Source of the DNA: Eledone cirrhosa
Lineage: Eukaryota
Length of the DNA: 64,000 nucleotides
Reading direction: 5' to 3'
NCBI GenBank assembly: GCA_964016885.1
Contig: OZ024741.1
Span: 156,860,001 to 156,924,000, forward strand
Both the position numbers and the translations under genes were made by a program. A model generated the notes under the pieces. That model saw only the letters and a list, made by a program, of their open reading frames with translations. It had not been told where the DNA came from and did not search any database. Of this stretch, positions 13,855-26,204 are shown piece after piece. Position 1 is the stretch's first letter, and each line of letters opens with the position of its first letter.

Positions 13855-14525
13855 GACGTAAAATAAGAAAATTTTAAAAATTAAAAATTAACTTACTAAA
13901 ATTTTCACTCCAACTAATTAGTTTCTGTAAGGGTGTAAATATAGTTACGTAACGTAACTACAGAGAATTCCTTACGTCATCAGGGAGTGTATTCTCAGCT
14001 AAGTTCCCAGGCAATGCGCGGACACTAGGAACCCATATAAAAATAATAATTCAGTGGATGGAATAAAGCTAGCGGGGACTAAATTCCAGAGCGCTGAAAA
14101 AAATTCACTGCCTACTGGGTCAGTGGCAAATTCTAAAGAATCAATCACGTGACACTGAGGTTAATCAGTGAGGAGTGGGGTGGTATTATGACAAGAGCCT
14201 ACTACTACTACCATGAACCATAGCAGTAAAATTTGGCAAGTTTTACTCAACAAATAATTTGGAGATAAATATAGAGAATTAGTATATCTACCAACATATG
14301 TATACCGATGTATACCCATGCTAGCAAATATATATGTTATGTCTTAGTACCTTTGTGGTTCTATGCAGGGGGATGCAGAACAATTATATGAAAGACATAA
14401 AATAAGAAAATTTTAAAAATTAAAAATTAACTTACTAAAATTTTCACTCCAAATAATTAGTTTCTGTAAGGGAGTAAATATAATTACGTAACGTAACTAC
14501 AGAGAATTCCTTACGTCATCAGGGA
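13851..14525 (-). mobile_element. Non-coding partial-tandem hammerhead element (retrozyme-like, ~539-nt unit)
   Basis: 135-bp direct repeat 13851-13985 / 14390-14525; no meaningful ORF; abuts (TA)n. Confidence 0.75.
13906..13989 (-). ncRNA. Type I hammerhead ribozyme with extended stem II
   Basis: CACTCC-CTGATGA-c-GTAAGG...CCTTAC-a-GAAAC-TAATTA-GTT-GGAGTG; second, truncated copy at 14445-14525. Confidence 0.75.
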
Positions 14526-14546
14526 TAAAATAAAAATAAAAAAAAG

Positions 14547-14643
<97 letters not shown>

Positions 14644-14734
14644 CATATATATATACATACACACATACATACACATATACACACACACACACACATACAT
14701 TAATAACAATAATAATAATAATAATAATAATAAC

Positions 14735-17620
14735 GATTTCATTTATTAGCCACCAGGGCCGACATGTAGGGGACAATACAAAGGCAGGGACAGTGGGGGT
14801 TTACAATAAGGTGGAGTAAAAGTGCACAATGGCAAGACTAATTTAACAATGAAAATATAAAAATATAAAATAAACTATGCATAAATATAACAAAATAAAT
14901 TCCCCGATAGGGGGTGTACGACCCTGGGGTGCTTCAGGTACCCCACCAATCCTGAACCACCCTGCGCTTCTAGGGCACCCAGGGAGAGCACCCCTCTCTT
15001 CAAGTTAGCCAGCCTATAGGCGCATGGTCAGAGTAGGCCCATTCACACGAGCCATTCTCGCCACATTCACCAACCTTTTAGCAAATGTACTGGGGGGCAG
15101 CACTTCTCTCTCCACCCTCACCCTCCGTTCCAGGTGAAACTTGAAGAAGTTGATGAGGGATTGGCCGAAGAGAAAAGTGTCTGTCTTTAGTCCTTTCAAC
15201 CTGGTCCACCATATAATCTCTTTCGCAACTTCCACCAGACAGAGGAAAATTTCCTGCTCTTCCTGACCTAAGGAAGGCGGTGGATCGATCTTCACTATGG
15301 ACTCGGCCGATAGCCGGATTCGTTCCACACGTGACAGTAGCTGTTCGACATAACTCCACAAGTCAGTAACGCACGGACATTGGACAAGTGCGTGCAGAAC
15401 GGTTTCGTCGTTCTGTGCGCATCTTGGGCAGGTCCGTCTGACAGCACTTCCGTGTCTAATGTATCCCTCTTGTTCTCGTCTTTCCTTATCAGCATCACCA
15501 CTCCCCTGCTCACAGAACTGAGAATACTCCCATTCTGCTGCCAGTTGCAGTAGAGTGCTTCGAGGAGTTCGGAGAACAAGTCTGGCATATTTACGTAAAG
15601 CTCGTAGGGCAGGCCATCCAAACCGGGTGACTTGCGCTTCATGCAGCCGACAAGAGCGTCCTGAATTTCGGCTGAAGTAATCGGCCTTTCGCAACGCTCA
15701 GCGTCGACCGTCGAGATGCGCGGCAAGCCGTCAAGGTAGGGACTGAAATCCGCTACTCTCTCTGACTCGCCACTCTCTCTGAAAAACCGAGCAAAGTGCT
15801 GGCGAAAGGCCTCACACATCCGCTTGGAATCGCTTATCTCGTGTCCGTCTCGGTCCGCCAACGACCGCATTGTGGTTTTATTACCACGCTGCGCCTCCGC
15901 CACGCGGGCCCATCGAACAGTTTTAGTTCCCTCGTTTCTCAGCGCACGCGCCTTAGCTCTGACAATGCAACCTACGTGTTTGGCATTGAAGAAATGGTCT
16001 AATGCCATTCTCGCCGCTAGCACGTCAGTTGCGATGCCACTACAAATAGCCTCGTCTAACTTATCTACCAGCTCCCCCTCCTTTCTATTTTTCTCTAACG
16101 CTAGTTCTTTGCTGAACTCTATCGAAGTTACTCTAATCTCTCTTTTGAGAGCCACTCACCATCTGTTGTTGATGATCCCCCCTGTCAACTTTTGCTTAAC
16201 TAAATTGTTGACTCGGTCCCTGTAAGCCTTACGTGCCGGAAATGACATGTTCAGCTTCCAGTAACCCGGTCCTAACTTACGCGTTTTATTTAGGTCGACC
16301 GTACAGATCACAAATTTGTGATCTGAATAGGCGACCGTTTTAAAAAGTGGACAGCCCACACTATTTCTATCTATTTTCCTAATGAAGATCCTGTCTATAT
16401 ACGATCTAGATGACCCCATTCGGTTGGTCCATGTCCATAATGGCACATTGGGGAAATCTAGTCGATACCTGTCAGACAGTTGGAACTGGCTGAGTAGGTG
16501 CTTGAGACTTTTGCACCCCCCGCTCCTATCGGCTACTCCAACACAATCCCAGCGTGCGTCTAAGATGCCATTCCAATCCCCCGCTAACAGTAAAGGGCGA
16601 GACGTATCCAGAAAGGTCTCCAGGCGCCTAAAGAAGTCAGGTCGTCCGGCCCCTGTAGGGGCGTAGACGGCCAGCAGTCTAAAGGCACCACCTTCGCTAC
16701 TGCTCACATCCAAGACCACCAACTTACCGTCCGGGTCCCGGAAGATCGACCTTACCTCGAGATCCAGTCCTTTCCTAAACAGCACTGCCACCCCACCCTC
16801 CATTCCCGGCCTGCTAACAGATGCGAAAATCTGATAGTCGTCGAAAATGGGGGCTAGTGCGCGCGTGTCGGAAATTCTGGTCTCGCTTACGGCAATCACA
16901 TCTATTTCCAGCGACCGGAGGTCGTTGAGCAGGCGACCCTGCTTCCAGGGTGACCCCAGGCCGCGAATATTTAAACTTCCTACTCTTAATATGGCCATAT
17001 TGGTAAGCTAAGAGAGATAGAAGGAAGGTTTACTTACCTCCCGGGTCTTGTGAAGGTCGGCTGGTTCGACCTCCATGGTTGGTGGGGTTTCTTTTGGGAA
17101 CCCCTTTAAAAGTCTTGATGTGGGTTTCACATTCGGGGTTCCCACGTCTTGAGGAAAGCTCTCTCGAATTTCTTTGAAGGAATTGAGTGACATTCGGACC
17201 AGAAGCAAATCTTCTGGCACGCAAAATGTGCTCATTTCGAAAATCTCCCCCTCTGTTTGAATGTCCTCGCTTCGCGCTAAGAGGGCCATCAGTTTATCGT
17301 TGGCCCTTCTGACAAGCACGAAGTTTTTAACATTTTGTTGGTGTGGTTTTATTTGTTTTCGTTTTGGTGAAGGTGGTGGCGATGGTTTTGGTGGTGTTGT
17401 TTCGGGTATGTCTATGTTTGTTGTAGGTGTGGTGTCTGCAATTTCAGGTATTTGTGGGTTTATTTGTACTTCTGTTTGTTTAGGTTGTTTGCGTTTCGGG
17501 GATTGTTGAGGTGGTGTCGATGTTGCTGTTGGTGATGATGTTATTGGGGAAGTGTTTGCGTTAGTGGTGTCTGTATTTTTTGTTGTGTGTGTTTTTGTGT
17601 TTTGTTGGGGCTTTTGTAAT
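14735..17620 (-). mobile_element. Tx1-like (L1 superfamily) LINE, 5'-truncated, RT core deleted
   Basis: ORF1 C-terminus 17008-17620; APE 16156-16998 (GSLNIRG, GDWN, SDH); KSPGLDGLP fused directly to C-terminal CPRC..ETVLHAL..C; (TTA)n tail. Confidence 0.9.
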
Positions 17621-17734
17621 AATAATAACAACAATAATAATAACGACAACAACAATAATAATATACATATACATATATATATATACATACACGCACACGC
17701 ATAAGCATATCTATACACACACACGATAGCAACT

Positions 17735-18730
17735 AACAGCGCTGCGATCGAATGTGGCTTTTTAGCCCAGCCTATGATCTAAAATGTCTTGCACAGAGTC
17801 GGCAACCAAAACATTCACTGGGAATAGTCGGCTGTGGTTGGAGTTCGTGTACTTTTGCATGTCGCTTGAGCCCTCCTGCTGATTTACATTCTCTACCACA
17901 TGTTTGGCAAGCATGATGAGTAGCATCTCCAAAAGCAGCCTGGTAGTCAACCACTGGTCTTACTTTATGACTGCGAAGATGACTTTCGAGTCCAGCTTTG
18001 CTTAGGCAGAGTCTTGCACAGATGCTGCATGTCAGCACCATAGGAGGACCCTCGACGTCTGGAAGTGCAACAGCAATGCCCTTCCTCACATCCCGCTTTA
18101 CTTTCTCGTATGCGATTCGAGATGCCTCAAAGGCAACTTTTCCCTCATATACAGTCTTTCTCCATTTATTACGATCAGCAGCAATATTTTCCTATGCATC
18201 AGCAGAGATGTTAGCGCCTTTCAGAGAGGCTTTCAAGAAATCCTTATACCTCTTTTTTGGTTTATGTGGCGGTCGTTTTCCTTTAACCAACTCTCCATAA
18301 AAGAGTTGTTTTGGTATTCTAGAAACCTTCATCCTGGCAAGGTGACCACTCCAACGGAGTCGTTGCTTAAGTACAAGAGCTTCTATACTGTCACACATAG
18401 AGCTTTCCAAAATCTCGACATCACTGATGTGGTCCCTCCAGTGAACGCCATGGATCCGTCTGAGACACATCTGATGGAAACGTTCCAATTGCTTAAGGTG
18501 GTGTCGATATGTGACCCAGGTCTCGCAGGCATAAAGAAGACAAGAGAGCACACATGCCTTGTACACCTTTACCTTTGTCCTCCTGCATATGTCTCGCCGA
18601 CCCCAGAGTCGCCTTTCTAGCTTTCCGAAAGCATCACTTGCTTTCCTAATCCTAAGTGAGATTTCACTGTCAAGGTTGCTGTATCGATTGACAGTGCTTC
18701 CCAGGTAGACAAACTGATCAACCACTCCAA
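17735..18730 (-). mobile_element. RTE/BovB-like LINE 3' fragment with three C2H2 zinc fingers
   Basis: FVYLGS, LLYACETW, RLRWSGHLARM, PKQLFYGEL; C-terminal CSIC..H..H, CQTC..H..H, CRLC. Confidence 0.85.
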
Positions 18731-18776
18731 CATACATACATACATACATACATACATACATACATACATACATACA

Positions 18777-18812
<36 letters not shown>

Positions 18813-18816
18813 TATA

Positions 18817-19800
18817 AGCGAAACTATCGACAGTCGGGACTGGGAGAATTTTTGGTAACGTTTATCTATTTTTTCTTCAAACTTACATTTTTAAGTTAGC
18901 TCCATTTAAAAGTTTATTTGTCTAGTTAATTTCTACGGACTAAGAAGAAAGTCTAGGTAAATATTACCTGACTGTTCCTCATAAAGGATTAGCGATAACA
19001 TTTATCTGTTATTTTTTCAAACTTACATTTTAAACTTAGCGGTGTTTAAATGATTATTTATCTAGTTAATTTCTACGGACTGGGTAAATTTTATCTGATT
19101 GTTCTTCAAACTTATAATTTTAATATAGCTCTGATTAATAAATATGTATTCATTCATTCATTGAGCCACACCACTGAAAGTAGCGAACACTCATATATGT
19201 ATCTGTGACAATGTTTAAATATATATATGTTCTCTATGATTTTGTTCTATACTCCCTTACGGTTGAGTAAACCTTAGGCGGTAACTAACTGCTTCCTCTA
19301 GCAATGAACGTACTTGCCACCGGCTTACCCTTCACAAAAATTCTTAAGCGTTAGCCACTTGATGTTTTTCATCCCTTTTGAAATCGTTACTAACGGCGAT
19401 CGTTTTTGAAATTTCGGTCCTAACTGAAGGAGTCTCTTGATAAGTTCGGGGCCTCAAGAATAATGCAACGATTAAACATTACCAAGAAGTACGAGTGAAA
19501 CTGTCGACAGTCGGGTCTGGGAGAATTTTTGGTAACGTTTATCTAGTTTTTCTTCAAACTTACATTTTAAACTTAGCTCCGTTTAAATAATTACTTCTCT
19601 AGTTAATTTCTCCAGACGAGGAGGAAAAATTAGGTAAATTTTATCTGACTGTTCCTCATAAAAGATTATTGATAACATTTATCTGCTATTTCTTCAAAGC
19701 TGCATTTTAAACTTAGCTCCGTTTAAATGATAATATATCTAGTTAATTTCTACGTTCTAAGAACTGGGTGAATTTTATCTGATTGTTCTTCAAACTTATA

Positions 19801-19805
<5 letters not shown>
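18817..19805 (+). mobile_element. Non-coding partial-tandem hammerhead element (~677-nt unit)
   Basis: 18820-19120 repeated at 19497-19803; internal ~120-bp subrepeats; related to 29863-30852 and 41090-41730; (TA)n flanks. Confidence 0.75.
19431..19518 (+). ncRNA. Hammerhead ribozyme, U3-A8 core variant
   Basis: AGTCTC-TTGATAA-GTTCG...CGAGT-GAAAC-TGTCGACA-GTC-GGG(A/T)CT; homologous to the CTGATGA version at 41364-41440. Confidence 0.7.
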
Positions 19806-19835
<30 letters not shown>

Positions 19836-20249
19836 AAAAAGTATGACCCCGACGGCTGAGCTCAAACCGTTTCGACGGCTATTTCTGGACTAAATTAGAA
19901 TTTTTAGCCTGGTGAATAAATAGCCGAACTTGTCAAGGGGGTACTTCCTTATATGGGAAGATTGTAGTTGTCAAGAGGATTGGTTAAAATTTGTTGTAAA
20001 CACAAATAAGTCTATCATGGCATTTGGTGGGAGATAGGGGTGGCTGAACTTGCCTGTAGAACAATAGGGGAGTGAGTGGAGCGGTCAAGCGTTGAAAGTG
20101 ATATGTATATAGTAGATTCTAAGGATAGTGTATGAAGTGGAGGAGAGAGGTTATAGAACAAGTAAATCGAATGAGTAGGAGACAATAAAAGATAATAGAA
20201 ATAAATAAAAAAAATATATAAAATTAGATAGTGAGAAATGAATAAAAAA

Positions 20250-22235
20250 GAGAGATTCGGATTCAATACCTACAAATCTCCCCCTCCGAACCCTATGCTC
20301 TCACCGTTCGAGAACGACCTTTTCCACCTGGTCGAGAGCATTAAATTCAAACCCAGACACAACAGATTCCTACAACAACTCCGTAGTAAAATTACAGAGT
20401 ATGAAAACACCAACGACATCATGGTGGACTCGGACAAAACTGGAAACCTCTACTTCGTCAACCCTGATAGATACCACACACTGATCAGGAGCAGCCTAAA
20501 CGCCACCTATAAAAAGGCTAACCATTCAATTATCGAGGACATAAATCGAGATGGACAACAAATTACCTCCAGCCTCGGGGTCACCGACCGCTCTGAACCC
20601 CTAGACCCACGGACTCCCTACTTCACACTGAAGGACCACAAATCCGACTTCGACCGCAAACCATCCATTAGGCTTATAAACCCAACGAAGTCGGACATAG
20701 GGAGAATCAGTAAAAAGATCCTAGACCGAGTTATACCAAAAGTTAAGCAAAACGTGAGACTTAGCCTATGGGTCAGCATCCAGGAAGTAATCTCGTGATT
20801 CAGGAATATGGAGGACAAACGAGACACAAAATTCATTCAGTTTGACATAGAGAGTTACTATGCATCTATTACCTTACCGCTCCTTACGGCCGCCTTGGAC
20901 TTTTCCGAAACACTCACACCCATCACTGATCAGGAAAGAAATATCATTCTCCACGCCAGGAAGACAGTCTTACTTTTCGACAACTCCAAGTGGATAAAGA
21001 GAGCTCCTGACTCCCCCTTCGACGTCAGTATGGGCGCGAGGGATTCGGCCGTGGTCACAGATCTTATAGGATTATTCCTACTATTTAAACTCACCGAAAT
21101 GTTTCCTGCATTCCGCGGTGGATTGTACCGGGATGATGGGCTCCTCACCCTTAAAGGGTACAACCCCAGTAGTACAGACCGGGTCCGTAAACAATTAATC
21201 AACTTCTTCTGGGACTGGGGTTTAAAATCACCCTACAAACGTCCCTAACCAGAGTCAATTTCCTGGACGTTACCCTTAACCTCGAAAATGATCTGTACTA
21301 CCCATACAGAAAACCAAACGACAACCTGCACTACATCCACCTCCGCTCTAACTATCCTAGAAACATCACCAATAACCTGGTTAAAAACATCTCCCTCCGC
21401 ATATCTCGTTTGTCCGCTAATGAGCAGATATTCGACGAACACGCGCATCATTACAACCAGGCCCTCAAGCGGAGTGGCTTCCGGGAGGGATTATCCTTTT
21501 ATCCAGCTTCCCTTGACGGAACCAGCAGGCGACACCGCCGCTCACGCAACGTAACGGGGTTCAATCCTCCCCATAATGCCGAGGTGGCAATACCTATCGG
21601 GAAAATCTTCTTTAGACTCCTCGAAAAACACTTCCCACTACAACACCGCTACCACAACATAAACAACAAAAACACCACCAACCTCTCCTACAGCACCACA
21701 TCTAACTTCGCACAAAACATCGTCTCCTCAAACAACAAAAAACTCAACCGCTATGGAAGAAATAACCTAGACATCAGTGGAGAGCCGACCAGGGGGTGTA
21801 ACTGCCCTGATAGATCTACGTGCCCCCTCAACAACAAATGCCGAGAACGTAACGTGATTTACCAGTGCAACATGAGGACGGACACCAACAAAGCTTATAT
21901 AGGATTAACCGCGTGTGACTTCAAGACCCGGCTCTACCAACACCGACATACTTTCCGAAACCCGGTCCGGCGACATGCCACTACACTTTCGGGCCACATC
22001 TGGGACCTCCAAGATAATAATATAACCTACAATCTCACGTGGAGCTTACTGTCCAGAGCTAACTCTTACACGGGAGGACGCCGTCTGTGTAACTTATGCT
22101 CGGAGGAAACATTACAAATGCTGTTTTCGAAGGACCAACACCTAAACAAGAAAGACTAACTGGTAACCGCATGCAAACACAGATTGCGTAGGACTTACCT
22201 CGCCCTCAAACCCCATAACGACCCGGGTGGGTAGA
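20250..22235 (+). pseudogene. Naiad RT-GIY-YIG ORF pseudogene
   Basis: SDKTGNLY, LKDHK, QFDIESYY, LYRDDGL, CNCPDRSTCPLNNKC, VIYQC/YIGLT, CNLC; stops at ~20796 and ~22157, frameshift at ~21230. Confidence 0.9.
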
Positions 22236-22931
22236 CAAGGGCTGATAGCCCCCCCCCCTCTTGCCGAATAAGTTAGGAGAAACCCCAGCTTACATAGGTA
22301 GATGTATCTCTTTTCTTTTCCTCATTGTCTTCTTCTTCCCCCTGTCTCATCCTATCACTTCCTTCCACCCCTATTTTCTTCCTCGTCTGCTTTTTCCCCT
22401 TTCGCCTACCCCGATGTAGCCCATTGGGCCTCTGTAATTTTAAGATAGAATGGGCCCCTGTAATTTTAAGATAGGATTGGCCGAATACGTTTTACTAACT
22501 ACTTATAGCAGACGTGTTAAACCCCTTTTATTTTTGTATCAGTTTTGGTTCTACTCAATTTCTACAAGTTTTTTCTATTCTCAACTTATTAACCTGTAAT
22601 TGTAAAATTGCATTGTGATTTTTTTTTTATTCATTTCTCACTATCTAATTTTATATATTTTTTTATTTCTTTCTATTATCTTTTATTGTCTCCTACTCTC
22701 ATTCGATTTACCTAATCTATAACCTCCCTCCCCCACTTCATACACTATCCTTAGAATCTGCTGTATACATATCACTTTCAACGCTTGACCGCTCCACTCA
22801 CTCCCCTATTGTTCTACAGGCAAGTTCAGCCACCCCTATCTCCCACCAAATGCCATGATAGATTTATTTGTGTTTACAACAAATTTTAACCAATCCTCTT
22901 GACAACTACAATCTTCCCATATAAGGAAGTA

Positions 22932-23027
22932 CCCCCTTGAAAAGTTCGGCTATTTATTCACCAGGCTAAAAATTCTAATTTAGTCCAGAAATAGCCGTCG
23001 AAAAGGCTTGAGCTCAGCCGTCGGGGT
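22932..23027 (+). ncRNA. Hammerhead ribozyme, U3-A8 variant with long stems II and III (inverted copy ~19845-19941)
   Basis: CCCC-TTGA(A/C)AA-G..CGGCTATTT...AAATAGCCG.C-GAAA(C)GGCT-TGAGCTC-AGCCGTC-GGGG. Confidence 0.7.
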
Positions 23028-23689
23028 CATATTTTTTCCTATTTCCCACTCTACTACCCTAAGTATTGAATACTCTGGTGCGTTATGGTCCATCTGGTTC
23101 CTTACCACATTTCCTTTGTTATATATATATAAGAGAGAGTGTTCGGTGTATGTGTGTGCTGCTGCACCTGTTGTTGTTGATAGTTGTTGTGACACCAAAC
23201 TTAGTTTCCAGAAAGTTTTAGTTCTTTGATTTCTATCCAAATTTAGAAAACCCTGGCAACGTTTCATATTGTTTTTTCGGTGAAATACAAGAATGAACTT
23301 TTGTTGTTTTCCTTAACGGCAAAAAATGTTTAATGAAATAATAATAATAATAATAATGATAACTAAAAAAATGAAATTGAGGGAAAGGATAAAGAAGGGA
23401 AAGAGGATGAAAAGTATCAAACATTAACAAAAGACGAAATGAAACGGAAGAAAAATGAGAAAAATACAAAAAATAATGAAATAATAATGAAGATGCGGAG
23501 GAGGAGGGAGGTTGTGGTGGTGGAGAAACAGGAGATGGGTGGAGAAGAATGATGATGATGATGAGGAGGAGGAGGAGGAGGAGGAGGAGGAGGAGGAGGA
23601 GGAGGAGGAGGAGGAGGAGGGGGGAGGAGGAGGATTAGGCACAAAGCCAGCAATTTAGGGACAGGAGGAAGTCGTTTAAATTGGTCCAG

Positions 23690-24058
23690 GGTGGAGAGGC
23701 AAGTGCTGTCTTCTAGTAAGTTTGTTGAACGGTGGGTGAAAGTGGCAATTCTGGTCCGAGTGAACGGGCCCGTTCTGATATGAGCCTGTAGACTGAGGAG
23801 TGGGAGAACTGAGAGAGGGCGCTTGCCCTGCTCGTCAGGGTGGACGTGGTCTTTTGTATCGTTTTTGCCACGAGTGACCCTCGGAGGTTTACCCCCTATT
23901 GGAGAATTTTTGTTGTTTGATTTATTTTGATTTGTTTTTACACATTTCTATCTTCTTGTTATAACCTTTTTACACGTCCAAAACCCACTTTGTATCGTCC
24001 TGTACCGTTCTGTGCCATCTGTAATGTGTTTCTTCATGTTAACCCTTGTGGCCAATTG
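23690..24058 (+). mobile_element. Tx1-like LINE 3' end
   Basis: Homologous to 24940-25315. Confidence 0.75.
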
Positions 24059-24165
24059 GCAGTATCTGTAGAGGGTCCGACGCCATGATTTGCAGCAAAG
24101 AGTTACGGCACTTTATGGTCTGAGTTCAAATCCCGCCCAGGTAAACTTTACCTCTCATCCTTACA
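24057..24165 (+). mobile_element. SINE 5' part (interrupted)
   Basis: TTGGCAGTATC...GAGTTCAAATCCCGCC...CATCCTTAC. Confidence 0.75.
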
Positions 24166-25325
24166 TGGAGGGCTGGGCATGCCATGGCTGATGATGCGCA
24201 AACATGCGCTCAGGTTACGGCATTTCCACCTCTTTCTCGACGCTGATCAGGTGTGGTCGCCTTTTGCTAGGCGCGTTTTTCCCCAGGTCGTTTCCTTGAC
24301 GGAGCTGCAGTCTTGGATCAAGCGAAGACCAAGAGGGAGCGCTTGGAGATTCGAATGTCTTCAGGCGCTCACAGCCCTCGACCAATCGAGCGATACGATC
24401 GGTGGAAACTCACCTTGGCGTTCTATAGAGGGTTAGTGGAGGGAACGAGCGACGATGTCCTTGGGAGACTCTGGGCGTCGACGAAAATCAACTAGCCAAT
24501 CTCTTCGGGAGAACTTTCGGACCAGGACCCATGGACAACTTCCAGAAATCCCTGGCCCTGCAGTGTTACCGGGCAGCTTTGCCAGTTTGAGATAAACTCT
24601 ACAGGCATGGAAGTGTCGTCAGCCAGGCATGACCGAGATGCGCGCAGGGCGACGAAACCGTCCTGCACTCACTCGTCCAGTGTCCAAGGATTGCTGAATT
24701 GTGGGTTTATGTCGAACACCTCCTGTCGCGTGTAGGACGGATCCGGCTACCAGCTGAGTCCATCGTGAGGAATGCCCCGCCGTCTTCCTTTAACCAGGAT
24801 GGGCATGCAGTTTTTATCTGTCTGGTGGCCATAGCGAAAGAGGTCGAGTGGTGGACGCGTTTGAAAGGGCGGCTGAAGACGAGCGCTTACCTCTTCCGTG
24901 ATGCCGTGATTAACTTTTTTAAATTTCATTTGAAAAAGAAAGTCATGGTAGAGAGGGAAGTGCCCTATTTCCAGCAATTTGTCGAAAGATGGGTGAGAGA
25001 GGCAAGCATGGCCCGAGTGAATGGGCCTGCTCTGAGTATGCGCCTGTAAATTGGAGGTAGAAAACTGGGAGAGGGCACTTGCCCTGGTGCTCAGAGTCAT
25101 CGTGGCTTTTTTTAATGGGCTTTCTCCACGAGTGTCCCTCGGAAGTCTCCCCCCTACTGGAGAATTTTCCTTTGTTTCTTTTTTGTCATTTCCTTTGTTT
25201 TTTTTCTTTACACGCAGAAATTCCCATTTCTACCGTCCTGTACCGTCCTGTACCGTCCTGTACCGTCCTGTGCTGTCCTTAATGTTTTAATTTATGTCAA
25301 TCCTTGTGGTTAATAAAAAAAAAAC
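24166..25325 (+). mobile_element. Tx1-like LINE 3' fragment
   Basis: GGLGMP, ETVLHSLVQCP, RVNGPALSMRL; poly(A)/(TTA)n tail; homologous to 33745-34840. Confidence 0.85.
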
Positions 25326-25354
25326 ATTATTATTGTTATTACTATTATTATTAT

Positions 25355-25745
25355 TTCGAATGAGTTTGGAAAGCTCAGTAAATATAAAGATCTATCAATT
25401 GAAATTGAGAAATTGTGGCATTTTAAGGCCTGTATAATACCAGTGATAGTCGGCGCACTTGGAATGCTAAAAAATATTTGGATCGGAAACCTGGAAAGCC
25501 ATCTCTGCAAGAGATACAGAAAATAGTGCTGACTGACACTGTCCATGTCCCGAGAAGGGCATTATCAATTTAAACACTTTACAAAGATATTTACTGTTAT
25601 TTGTGCCCTTGTGGCATCATTTGTGTGACAATTGATTGTAAAATATGTGTATTATCAAATTATGCCTCAGGTGCCAGGTTGACACTCAGTATGATTTGGA
25701 AAGAAGCAGAACTCAAAGGAAGTTTCAAATCATAATCATAATAAT
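25355..25745 (+). mobile_element. R4/Dong-like RLE LINE 3' end
   Basis: KLSKYKDLSIEIEKLW...IPVIVGALG; begins in (TTA)n. Confidence 0.7.
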
Positions 25746-26204
25746 CTCTAAAGAATAACTGAAGAGGAAAAGGTATAAACAATATAAATAATACTCAATG
25801 AAACGAAGCAGAACAAAGAATGTATGTCGAAGTATTATTTATGAAGATTTCCTTTTATTTTACTTTCTTCAGAAACTTATTACATAAGATGGAATATTTT
25901 CTCATCGTTTCTTTTTAGTTGGTTACGATTTTATTTTATTTCTTATTTCTTTTTTTTAAATATATATATTAATGTTTTCTATTTTTCTTTCGAATTCTTT
26001 GTTCTTGTAATGCTGTTGTTCCAGAATGCTACAGAGAGTTGATCCGATTGAGTTCTACACCGAAAAACACCAGCTATTAGGTAGACGGAAACTGTTTTGA
26101 AGCCCGTGGGATGGACAGTTCATACTTTTCACATATTTTGTTATACTGAATCACCAGAATTACATTAAGGACACTCGTGTCTGTGGAATAGTCGTCCACT
26201 TACA

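Larger units (their letters stand above)
19830..23122 (+). mobile_element. Naiad-type Penelope-like element with 5' inverted pLTR, decayed
   Basis: 19830-20249 is the inverse of ~22625-23042; 80-nt tail to 23122; in (TA)n. Confidence 0.9.

Noticed and set aside
20796-20798. In-frame TGA in a Naiad ORF as possible selenocysteine (some Naiads are selenoproteins)
   Set aside because: It aligns to Trp (EVIGWF in the intact copy), not Cys, and the ORF has other disabling lesions, so it is a TGG>TGA nonsense mutation
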